Shown one piece after another: positions 1 to 11,400 of a stretch of 64,000 nucleotides of DNA. The position numbers were made by a program, and so were the translations under genes. The notes under the pieces were generated by a model. It saw only the letters and a list, made by a program, of their open reading frames with translations, searched no databases and was not told the DNA's origin. Each line of letters starts with the position of its first letter. Position 1 is the stretch's first letter. The stretch comes from Neocallimastix sp. 'constans' (Eukaryota), in the NCBI GenBank assembly GCA_050613775.1, contig JBODTK010000001.1:1364001-1428000 (forward strand). Reading direction: 5' to 3'.

Positions 1-420
1 TAAAATTTTTTCCTTTAAATTTTTCATCTTTGACAAATTTCCCTAATATAGACATAAAAACTAATATATTCTTTATGATTACAAAAAAACCAAATTGTTC
101 AGATCTAATAAAATTATACGCAAAAAAAAAGCATACTTTGAAATTCTATTAGTAATTATTTTGATTATGATTTTCATACTAGCATAAATTAGAGAAATAC
201 CTACTATAATAGCTGCAATTGGAAAGATCACCTTTCTTTGGAAAAGACAAAATAGAAGCATAATTCCAGTCATTTGGAAACAATCCTTCATAGATTTTAT
301 TAAAGATAATTTCAAGACATTTACTTGCATCATGGAATCTTTCTTTCAATTCTTTTCTCTCCTCAAATATCACTTTTACTTCAACCTACTCCATCTGGCT
401 TAACATTGGTGTAGTACGAG
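1..420 (-). pseudogene. Frameshifted non-LTR retrotransposon (LINE) reverse transcriptase N-terminal fragment
   Basis: Overlapping minus-strand frames give FPNDWNYASILSFPKKGDLSNCS / GISLIYASMKIIIKIITNRISKY / RSEQFGF, the typical start of LINE RT domains 0-1. Confidence 0.8.
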
Positions 421-684
421 ACAATAGAGCTTAATGATGGCTGCAACAATAATTAGACAATATTTTGACAATATTTTATAATAAAATAATAAAATATAAA
501 TATTTAATAATTAATAAATAATTTTATTCTAATGAAAAGATCACATTTTTATTTTTTTTTTTATGTAAATATTAATTTAAATTTTTAAATTTTAAAACTT
601 GAAAGAATTAATTAAAAACTGATAATATTTATATTAATGTATAAAATTATACGAATAAAAATAAACAAAAGGTATTAATTATTT

Positions 685-734
<50 letters not shown>

Positions 735-1474
735 TATAATAGTTAAGTGTTAGTATTAATGAGTAATACAGAAATGATTACCTTTTATAAATTATTAACT
801 AATAAGGTTACTTAAAAATTGAATTTCAAGCTAGTAATAAATATTAATTAATAAAATAAAATTTATATATCAAATTTAATTAAGTTTCTAAAAAATCCTT
901 GGACTAATCTAACGTGAAATAGGTAACTAAAAGGAATATTAAATAATAATATTTATGTCACTTTTAGTATAATTTTAGTTTTTTATCTTTCTATATTTGT
1001 AAAAATTATATGAAAACTTTTGTTTAAAATAATATATATTAAACAAATTCCATATTAAATTAATATTTTTTATAATTGGAGCAAAAAACAACTATAGTTA
1101 TTTTTTCTTAAATAAATAAATAAATTAAAAAAAAAATTTACATGTACATGAACATGTCATGTACATATATCAAGTTATCTTTTTTAATATTTATAATGAA
1201 ATAATGAATTGAAAATAACTTTGAACAATTTTTTCTTTTTTTTTTCTTTTATTGTTTAATTATAAATATTTATAAAAGTTTTAATGTCAAATATAAATTA
1301 AATGATTTAGTTTTAAAATTGAAATATAATTACTTCAATATTTAAATAATTATGTATAAATTTGCTTATTTATAAATTTTTTATGTTAAAAGAGATTACT
1401 AATATCAAAATTTAATTAATAAATATAAATAAATTATTATTTCATTTATATTTTTATATTAACTATAAAATTAG

Positions 1475-1508
<34 letters not shown>

Positions 1509-2029
1509 AACAGATACAAATTTTAAAATAAATAATACGTTTTATAATTAATTTATTTATTTATTCATATTAAATCAATTAATTTTAATAAAATATATTA
1601 TTAATTAATAAGGTTTACTTAAAAAATTGAATTTCAAGCAATCAATAAATATTTATTAACAAATAAAATTTTATATTTTATATATATTAAAAAATTAAAC
1701 TTAAACCATCGAGAGATAAGAATGAAGTTAAAAGAGTTTCTTAATATTATAAAATTTAATTTTTATTATTTTTAATGGAATTTTAGCTTATTATCTATTT
1801 AAAATTAATAAAATTAAATGAAAAAATTTTATATAAAATAATATATATATATAAAATTCCATCATAAATTTAAAAAATAATTTTATTATATTTATAAAAT
1901 AAAAAGCATTATGGAAAAATATAATTTTTATCCTAATAAATTATTCAAATATTATTGATTAGGACTATATATTAAAATTTATAAAAATTTATCATATTAA
2001 AATTTTAAAAGATTTACTATATGTATATA

Positions 2030-2206
2030 TAAGTCTATATAGAGTCTCTAATATGCCATTTTATCTTAGACCTTAAAACTATAGGGGAAGACCATGGTGA
2101 AAAAGAGACAGTGGCAATTAATCCTTTCTCTATTAATTTTCATAATTTTTCTTTTAAAGCAGATAACAGATTCGTTCTCCCTAAAGGAATATTTCTGTAA
2201 GACATT

Positions 2207-2241
<35 letters not shown>

Positions 2242-2400
2242 TACCATTCTGTTAATTTCAATAGGATGAGGTAACAAAATTTTGTTAAGGTTCTAGATCA
2301 TCATTGGGAAATCGCTATAAAACATCTGAAATAGGTAGTTAAAGTAGGTAGATTTAAATTTTATTTTTTTTTTTTTAAAAAAAATTTTTTTCATCTTTAA
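2030..2400 (-). pseudogene. Decayed Ty3/gypsy RT N-terminal fragment
   Basis: Manual translation gives ..LPHPIEI.. and SALKEKL*KLIEKGLIATVSFSPWSSPIVL, which aligns with ADALKKELIKLINNNLIVPSSSPWSSPVVL of the intact pol at ~10.8 kb. It is disrupted by stops, indels and a poly-T run. Confidence 0.75.
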
Positions 2401-2499
2401 TATCCGTATTATGGATTAATTCTTCCAATATTTCATTTTTACCAGCTTTTCTTATTTTTTTTTTTTTTTTTTTAAAGAAAAAACTTTAATTAGTATTCT

Positions 2500-2620
2500 T
2501 TTCTTTCTTTCTTTCTTTCTTTATTTCTTTCTTTATTTCTTTCTTTATTTCTTTCTTTATTTCTTTCTTTATTTCTTTCTTTATTTCTTTCTTTATTTCT
2601 TTCTTTATTTCTTTCTTTCA
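2500..2620. repeat. (TTTC/TTTA)n microsatellite
   Basis: Direct reading of tandem ctttctttattt units. Confidence 0.85.
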
Positions 2621-2764
2621 TAAATAATTTTATTTATTGATTTTTCTATTATCATCTATTTTTGACGTGTTTACTTTGTTTTTGTTCTCAGTTATTTTTA
2701 TTATCAATCGAGTTATTTTTATTTTCAACAGGGTTATTTTTATTATCATTAATAGTATTACCAA

Positions 2765-2816
<52 letters not shown>

Positions 2817-2877
2817 AAAATTTGATTTTATTTAAAAGTTTATTTATTAATTAAATTTAATAAAAAGGTAATTACAA

Positions 2878-3068
2878 TGTTTTAACATAAAATAAAGTCA
2901 CGCTTTTTATATACATTTGAAATGTGGCGTAATTAAATAAAATATTTTTCTATTACTAATGTATTACTAATATTTTGATCATGTGAGTAATAATGAATTA
3001 TTCTAAAATTCTATGATTATTAATAACAAAACTAAAATTACTAATTAAATTATTTTCATATTTTAACA
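2878..3068 (-). repeat. Putative 3' LTR of copia A
   Basis: TGTT...AACA termini lie just downstream of the RNase H stop at 3086. No partner LTR is present in the window, so the boundaries are unconfirmed. Confidence 0.4.
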
Positions 3069-3085
3069 TGCATTCTCAAATTAAA

Positions 3086-5338
3086 TTATTTTAAAAAAAT
3101 TTTATTTGCAAATTTAGTCATTTTAGTACCGTTAACATTTTTGGTTAATATATCGGCTAACATTTCACTCGTATTTATATATTCTAATTTTATAATGTTC
3201 TTTTCAATGAGGTCTTTATTAAAATAATATTTTATTTCTATATGTTTTAATTTTGTGTTTAAATCTCCGTTTTCCATGCTTGTTTTACTAGAAAGATTAT
3301 CAGTGTATAATTTTATTGGCTTGTTAAATTTAAATATTTCGTTTAATATATTTTTAAACCATAAAATCTTTTTTATGCATTCTGAAGTGCTGATGTATTC
3401 AGCTTCCGCAGTTGATGTTGCTACTATAGTTTGCTTTTTAGATGACCAGCTTATTGGAGAATTTCCCATTAATATTATATATCCTGATGTTGATTTTCGA
3501 TCCTTTATATCTCCAGCAAAGTCTGCATCTGAGTAAGCTATAATTTCACCTTTTCCATCATATTTTAATTTGTATTCTTTTGTCCCATTTAAATATTTTA
3601 ATATGTTCATTACTTTTTTCCAATCGCTTATTGTTGGTTCTTCACAATTTCTTGCTGCTTTATGTACAGCAAATGTAATGTCAGGTCTTGTGCATTTTGA
3701 TAGGAATATTAATGCACCAATGGCACTCTTATAAATTGTTTTGTTAAATTCTTTTTTATTTTCTGTCTTGATATTATCACCGGTGCATGGTGTTTTGGAC
3801 TTCTTAATATTATTTATGTTGAATCTTTCTAATATATTGTTTATGTAGTTCTTTTGTGAAATATAATATATGTTATTTTTATTTTCTATTTCGATTCCTA
3901 AAATGTAATTTAAATCTCCAGAATTGGATATTTTAAAATTTTCTTTGATCCTCTTTATTATTTTATTTGTTTCATTTTCAATCCCGGTAATGATCATATC
4001 GTCTACATATATTCCTATTATACATGTTAATTTATTTTTATTTTCTTTTATGAATATACATTGTTCAGATTTTAATTGTTTATATCCATTTTTAGTCAAA
4101 AAGTTTGATATAGTTCTGTTCCATTGACGTCCGGATTGTTTCAATCCATATAATGCCTTATTAAGACGCCAATATCCCCTCTCAAAGTAGCGGTCACCTT
4201 GTGGAATCATTATGTAAATTTCCTCATCAAGACGTGCATTAAGGTACGCTGCTTTGATATCTAATTGCTTGCAAACCCAATTAAATTTTGCAGCAATAGC
4301 GATAATTAATTTTAGGGCATCCATATTAAGTGTAGGAGAATATGTTAAATTGTAATCAATGCCCTTTTTCTGTCTGAAGCCTTTAACAACGAGTCTAGCT
4401 TTGAATTTACTAATATATTATTGAATTTGTCCTTTTTAACTGTAAAAACCCATTTGGTAGGAATAGCACTTTTATTTTTTGGAAGAGTTGGAGTAAATGT
4501 CATAATATTGTTGTTATATAAATTATCAATTTCATCTTTAATAGCGAGTTTCCATTGTTGATTATGAGGACCATAAATAGCTTGTTCATAAGTGAGAGGT
4601 GCATCATTAGTAATAATTGAAATTGATTTATTGTTTGAAATATTATTGTCAATATTTGAGATATTGTTGATACCAGAAAATGGACTAGAATCAACTTCAA
4701 ATACGTCGATATCATCATCTAAAGAGTTGAAATATGCATTCATATTGGTGATATTTTTATTAGGTGATCTTGTATTAATAACCTTTTTATTTTTTATATT
4801 TAGTTTTTTATTATTAAAATCTGCTTTGTCTAAATTAATTTTATATTTAGGATCTATATTAAATTTGTTTTTCCTTTTTTCTAATATATTTTTAATTCTA
4901 TTGATTTTGTTACTATTATTATCGAGATTATTATTTATATTGTTATTAATTTTGGAGATATTCATATTATAATTATTTCCATTTGAATTATTTTGTTTAT
5001 AATCTATTATTTCTAATTTCTTTTTATTCATATTAAATCCATCGTATTCATGATTATTGTTTAAATTTTCATAATTATCATAATTTTCATAATTTATTTG
5101 ACTATTATTCGAATTTACAATATCTGAATCAGTATTTTTAATTTTATTATTATTATTGGAATTTTCATCATTAGGTACAACGACGGTATTGAACTCGTCA
5201 CCTATTGGTTCATGGTCTGAATTATTATTATTATTAGAATTAATTATTATAGGATATGTTGCGGTATTGAACTCAGGACCTTTTATCTCATTCTCAAGTC
5301 TTTCCGATTGCACCAAATAGTCTGTTCTGTCATTTATA
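3086..5338 (-). pseudogene. pol: Ty1/copia A pol 3' part (linker, RT, RNase H); frameshift near 4410; 5' part lost
   Basis: Motifs KWVFTVK, (K)FKARLVVKGF, LDIKAAYL, LYGLKQSGRQW, YVDD, YSDADFAGD..RKSTSG, STAEAEY, ADILTK. The ORF-track start at 5346 lies inside the gypsy A LTR. Confidence 0.9.
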
Positions 5339-5953
5339 TGATGCATGTCCAGTAAAAATAATAGAAAATAATAGAAAAATTATTTAGAAAAATTATTAAT
5401 ATAAATATTTATTAAAAATTAATTTTATATAATGAATCTTAAAATATATTATTAATATATTATTAAAGATAATTTATTATTATTAATTATTAAAATATTA
5501 AATTAAATAATAATATTAAAAATATTAAAAGAATTGTTGATAATATAGTAAAATTAGTTATATTAATTATAACGGAGATTGAATGTTTAATTAAATTGAT
5601 GTTAATATTAAAATAATTTTTAAATAATGTTAAACAATATGAATTAATAGTTATAAGTAAAAAGTTATGAATATTTATATTTATTAATTAATTTTAGTGT
5701 TTCGATAAATAAAATTTATAAAATTAGTAAAAAATATAATTATGAAAATAATTTATAAATAAATATTTTCTTTTTTTTTAAGGAATAATAATAAAACATG
5801 TATTTTTTTTATGATAAAATATAATAAATAAAATAATAAAAGATAAATAACTAAAAAGTAAATATAATTATTGTAATATAATATTCTTGGAGTAATTCCC
5901 TTTTGCACAAACGCCCAACTAACATATACGGTATTTAATAAAATATCGTATCA
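5339..5953 (+). repeat. Gypsy A 5' LTR
   Basis: TGATGCATGTCC...TATCGTATCA; identical by eye to 13909-14523. Confidence 0.97.
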
Positions 5954-5958
5954 AAAAA

Positions 5959-5975
5959 TGGTGGAGAATCCGGGC
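5959..5975 (+). promoter_or_regulatory. Primer-binding site complementary to the tRNA-Ala 3' end
   Basis: TGGTGGAGAATCCGGGC begins 5 nt after the LTR. Its reverse complement GCCCGGATTCTCCACCA resembles eukaryotic tRNA-Ala acceptor ends. Confidence 0.8.
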
Positions 5976-6104
5976 GTGCAAACCAAGAATATTATGAAAT
6001 TTATATTTATATTGATATTTACTTTTTAAAAAATAAAGACAATTAAATAATTAATATTAAATTAAAATTAAATAATTAAATTTTTTATAATAGTAATATA
6101 TAAA

Positions 6105-6154
<50 letters not shown>

Positions 6155-6469
6155 ACCTAAAATTATTATGATTATTATTAAATAATAATTAAAGGTAACT
6201 GGGAGTTCGAACCAGAATAAAAACGAATAAGTCTTTAATTATTATTATTAGTATAGTTAATTTTTTTTATTATCATCTTTATTAGTAATTAAAGACAACT
6301 GGGAATTCGGACCAGTATAAAAACGAATAAACCTTTAATTAAGAAATGATATTATAATAAAAAGTAGTAATAGTTTAGTATAAAAATTAATATTAAATAA
6401 TATTTTATTAATAGTATATGTGATAATATTTAGAAAAAAAAAAAAATAATAGATAATATTTTAATAATA

Positions 6470-6781
6470 ATAATAAATAATATTTTAGTAATGGTGAATT
6501 AAGTAATAATTAATAATAATAAATGATATTTTAGTAATAGTGAATTAAGTAATAATTAATAATAATAAATAATATTTTAGTAATAGTAATATTTTAGTAA
6601 TAGTGTATAAAATAAGAATTAATAATAATAATAATAATAATTAAATGATATTTTAGTAATAGTGAATTAAGTAATAATTAATAATAATAAATAATATTTT
6701 AGTAATAGTGAATTAATAATTAATAATAATAAATAATATTTTAATAATAGTAATATTTTAGTAATAGTATATAAAATAAGA

Positions 6782-6834
<53 letters not shown>

Positions 6835-6860
6835 TAATAATAACAATAATAAAAATAATA
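6470..6860. repeat. ~44-bp tandem repeats and (AAT)n in the gypsy A leader
   Basis: Recurring atattttagtaatagtgaattaagtaataattaataataataa units. Confidence 0.8.
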
Positions 6861-6920
6861 TTATTATACTCGTAAAAGTATATAAGAATATAATTTCAAA
6901 TTAAAATAATAATTAGATAA

Positions 6921-8225
6921 ATGGCGGACGCTTCGAAAATTAGAAGAGACTTACCATACTTAGCAAATTATGGTAAGGACATAGATTCTTGGATAGAAGA
7001 TTTCAAAAATGTTATGGAAATTTACAACATCGAGGAACCAAACAGAATTTTTATTTGGGTAAAGAACGCAGTAGAGGCTGACATAAAAAACCTTTTAAAA
7101 TCTTTATGTACTACAAGAAATAATGTTAAAAGGTTTCCCTCATATAAAGAAATCCAGAGAGCCATTGAAGATTATTTAGAAATTACTCAAAATGATAAGT
7201 GTTCAATTTTAAAGGCCTTAAAAATAAAAAGAAATGAAACAATTAAAGGATTTAATTATAATTATTTAACTCTTTATCATCGACTTGACTTGGAATATAA
7301 AAAATTAATATGTGTCGATGATTATTTAAATGCTATACATGATAGGGTATATGTACATTCTCAAGTAATTTTGGCCAACTGTAAAACATTAACAGAAGCG
7401 TTCGAAGTAGCAGAACGTGCAGAAAAAGCTGAAGTACGAACTATAACAAACAAAAATTCTCAGAATGTTATGGTATATCAAAACAACATAAATAAAAATA
7501 GTAACAATTTATTAAATCATCCAATTTATAGGAGCTTAAGAGAACATGGAAATAATTTAGATAATTCATATCAAGCGTCATCATATGTTATGGGTTATAT
7601 AAATGAAAACTCCACCAATAATAGAATGTTTACACCAGGTAGATATAGTAACAATAAAAATAAAAGTTTTAATAATAATAATAATTATTATCACGGAGTA
7701 GAACAAATTCAACAAAATAATACTTATGATACAAGAAGATTCTATAATAACTACGAACCAAAAGCTAGAAAATCAGTTATGTGTTACTCATGTAAACAAG
7801 TAGGACATAAAGCTTATGAATGTCCTAATAATAAAAATAATGGTAGTAATAGAAATAATAATCTTTATAATATGAATAATAATGATATGGGTAATAATTA
7901 TAATAATAATTTTGATTATAATAATAATAGTAATAAATATAACAATTATTATAATAATAGTAATAAAAATGGCTACAATAATTCTTTTAATGGTAGTAAT
8001 TATTACTTTAATAAAAATAATAAATTTACTGGAAATAATATTGCTAATAGAAATAATCATAATTTTAATGAGAATAATATTCCCACTGGAAATAATAATT
8101 TTAATAGAAATTCTAATGGAATAAATCAGGATATTAATACTACTAGTTCAAATATTAATAGTAATTTCAAAGCTAATGTAAATAATAATAATAATAATGG
8201 AGATAGCTTTAATAATTTAAACTAA
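6921..8225 (+). CDS. gag: Gypsy A Gag with CCHC zinc knuckle and Asn-rich tail
   Basis: 434-aa ORF containing CYSCKQVGHKAYEC, located after the PBS and leader. Confidence 0.92.
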   Translation: MADASKIRRDLPYLANYGKDIDSWIEDFKNVMEIYNIEEPNRIFIWVKNAVEADIKNLLKSLCTTRNNVKRFPSYKEIQRAIEDYLEITQNDKCSILKALKIKRNETIKGFNYNYLTLYHRLDLEYKKLICVDDYLNAIHDRVYVHSQVILANCKTLTEAFEVAERAEKAEVRTITNKNSQNVMVYQNNINKNSNNLLNHPIYRSLREHGNNLDNSYQASSYVMGYINENSTNNRMFTPGRYSNNKNKSFNNNNNYYHGVEQIQQNNTYDTRRFYNNYEPKARKSVMCYSCKQVGHKAYECPNNKNNGSNRNNNLYNMNNNDMGNNYNNNFDYNNNSNKYNNYYNNSNKNGYNNSFNGSNYYFNKNNKFTGNNIANRNNHNFNENNIPTGNNNFNRNSNGINQDINTTSSNINSNFKANVNNNNNNGDSFNNLN

Positions 8226-8251
8226 ATAATGGGAGAAGGACAACTCCCGTT
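8216..8251 (+). promoter_or_regulatory. -1 ribosomal frameshift signal (T TTA AAC plus stem-loop)
   Basis: In-frame heptamer at 8216-8222, immediately before the gag stop, then a 5-nt spacer and the stem AATGGGAG/CTCCCGTT. The -1 frame is open into pol. Confidence 0.85.
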
Positions 8252-8387
8252 AACCAAACCAAACTTCAAACTTATAATAAAAATAATAGTATTAATGAAG
8301 AATATGTAAATTTAACATACTCTCCCAAGTTAAATAATAATACTATGAAAATAAAAAATAATTATAATAATACTAATGATAATAATT

Positions 8388-8418
<31 letters not shown>

Positions 8419-11400
8419 ACATAATAATAATAATAATAATAATAATAATTCATATAATGCTAGTGCAACTTCAAATAATGATGTAATAAATAATGGATAT
8501 CCTTATAATGATAATTCACATAATTATGATATAAACAATAATTATTTAAATAAGAATAATAAAATAAATTATACAAACAGTTTATTTGATGATAATCATA
8601 CAAGTATTGATAATATTTATTCCAATAATAATAATAATAATAACTTAAATAATATAGAATATCTTAGTAAGAATACTAGTAACGGTTATAAATTAAATAA
8701 TAGTAATCATAACAACATCTATGAAAATGACACTATTAATAAACAAGTTAACAATGATGTTAATATAAATAATACTTATAAAAATAATAATGATGATCAA
8801 AGTAACAATGAAATTGATTTAAATAGAATTTCTATAAATGATAATGAAAAGAAAATTAATAATGAACCTAATTCAAATAATATTTATAATAATTTTGATA
8901 ATTACCATAATGAGGAAATTATCGCTGTTGCCCAAAAGAAAGGTAAAAATAATTCAATAAAAATCTCCCCATATACCAAAGAAATAAAGAAAAAGCTTAT
9001 AGATAATCCAGTTCCAATTATTACAAATGCTATGAAGAAAAATACTATTATGAAAAGAAAATTAAACGTTAATAAATTAGCAACTACAGGAACACCTGAT
9101 ATGATAATAGATGAGGGAGGAACGAATGTCAAACTATCAACAGAAAAAGAAGAAGGTAAAGAATTTAAAGAAAATAAAGATCATAAAAATGTTACTTTCA
9201 ATGAATCTATTGAAATTTTTGAGGATTCACAACCACCAACTAATCAAACAATAACTAATAATAACACAAATAAATTAGAATATTTGGATCTTTCTTATAT
9301 CAATCAACCAAATATTAGAAATGTAAAAAAAGCGAATAAATTGAATAAAATAAATGAAATACTGAGCAGTAACAAAGATGATATACCCATCAATGTTAAA
9401 AGTTATTCCAAGCCAGAGAAACACATAAAAATGATGGAAGATTTTAATGAATTTAAAATTAAGGACTTTATCAAGGAAGTAGCATCAACCGAAGTCATAA
9501 CGAAGTTAGTATATTTGTTAGACCTGTTTCCAAAGTTCAGGTCAGAATTTACAAAAGCATTAAAATTAACCGAAGGAAAAGAGAAAATAAAGAAAAATTT
9601 GAATACATCTTTAATAAATGTAATGACAATTATAAGCCAACATAAAGTGATTAAAGTTAAAGGCACTGTGGATAAGAAACCAGCTGAAATTTTCTTGGAC
9701 TCGTGTGCTAGCGTTAATTTGATTACCACTACGGCTTTAAAAAAATTTAAAATTAATAAAAATCCTATTGGGAGAATATCCGAAAAAATTTTTCAGGTAT
9801 ATTCCAACAATTCAACTTGTTCAGATATTTATGAACTAAAAATATCTATTGGAAATTACACTTTTATCGATTACTTTAGGAAAATTGATAAGGATGATAT
9901 CTTTGATATATTAATAGGTATTGACACACTTAAACGAAATAGATTTGATATAAATTTAGTTAATGATACCTTATATCATATTGATGAAAATAATAATCCT
10001 ATAGAATTAGCTTCTTTATTTTATGATGTTAGCTTGAGTCCTTCTGAAAGTACAAATAGAATTAATGACGAAGAAAATAATATGAATAAGGAGAATAATA
10101 TAAATAATAATTCTTCTGAAGAGAATGATGAGGATTCTGAAACTAGTTGGAGTGACAATGATAATAATAATGATAATAATAATATACTTTTTACATATGC
10201 TAAATCAGAGTTACCTAATATTAACATAAATAATTTTAATGTAAAATTACCTTTCTTTAATAGTGTCGACATCGATAAAGAAAATAATATCAAAATAAAA
10301 ACGAATAATAATAAGAATGATGATAAAATTGACAATTATAAAATAAATGATCATAAAATTAATTCTAAAGTTACAAACAATATAAATCCCATACTACATT
10401 CTAAACTTCCATCAAAAATCGATTCTGATCAAAATGGCAATAACAAATTAAATAGTAATTATAAATTAGTAGATAGAAATATTGAAAGGAAAGAATATAA
10501 GAATAAAACGGTTGATATTACAACACAATTGATTCCATCTCTTTTATTAATAACTAATGAAGTACTACATAATGAAAACGAGGTTTGCACAGACGACACA
10601 ATATCTAAACTGGAAATGATTCACTCTATTGTAAAAAAATTACCAGAAAATTTGAAAGCTGATGTAGAAAAATTATTTTTAAATTATATTAGTGTTCTTG
10701 CACTGAAAACTGACGATTTGGGTTCGTCAAAGCTATATCCTCATAGAATTAATTTAATACCAGGAACAACACCTATTAAACAGAGGGCCTACCGTATTTC
10801 AAAAGTGCAAGCTGATGCACTTAAAAAGGAATTAATTAAACTTATAAATAATAACTTAATTGTCCCTTCTAGTTCTCCTTGGTCTTCTCCTGTAGTACTG
10901 GTACCGAAAAAGAATGGTCAAGTGAGAATGTGTGTTGACTACAGGAAGATTAATAATTGTACATTAAAGGACGCTTATGCACTTCCTTTAATAGATGATA
11001 TACTTTACTATGTTAGCGGTGATATTTCTATTTTGTCTACTATTGATCTCTTCTCAGGGTACCATCAGATTCCTATGCATTCTGATGATAAAGATATCAC
11101 TTGCTTTACGACCATTTACGGAAACTTTAATTTTGAAGTTATGCCTTTTGGACTATGCAACGCTCCCGCTACTTTTCAAAGGGAGATGAACAGAATATTT
11201 TTTGATTTAATCGGAGTATGTGTTTTTATTTACATAGATGACTTAGTTATTTATTCTCCTTCATTAGATCAACACATCAAAGACCTAGAAAAAGTATTCC
11301 TCATTCTTGCTAATAATGGATTAAAAGTGAATTTTGAAAAATGTGATTTCTTTAAAGAAGAAGTTGAGCTCCTTGGTCATACTCTTTCTACTAAGGGTAT

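Noticed and set aside
5959..5975. tRNA gene
   Set aside because: Only a 17-nt complement to a tRNA 3' end (PBS); no cloverleaf.
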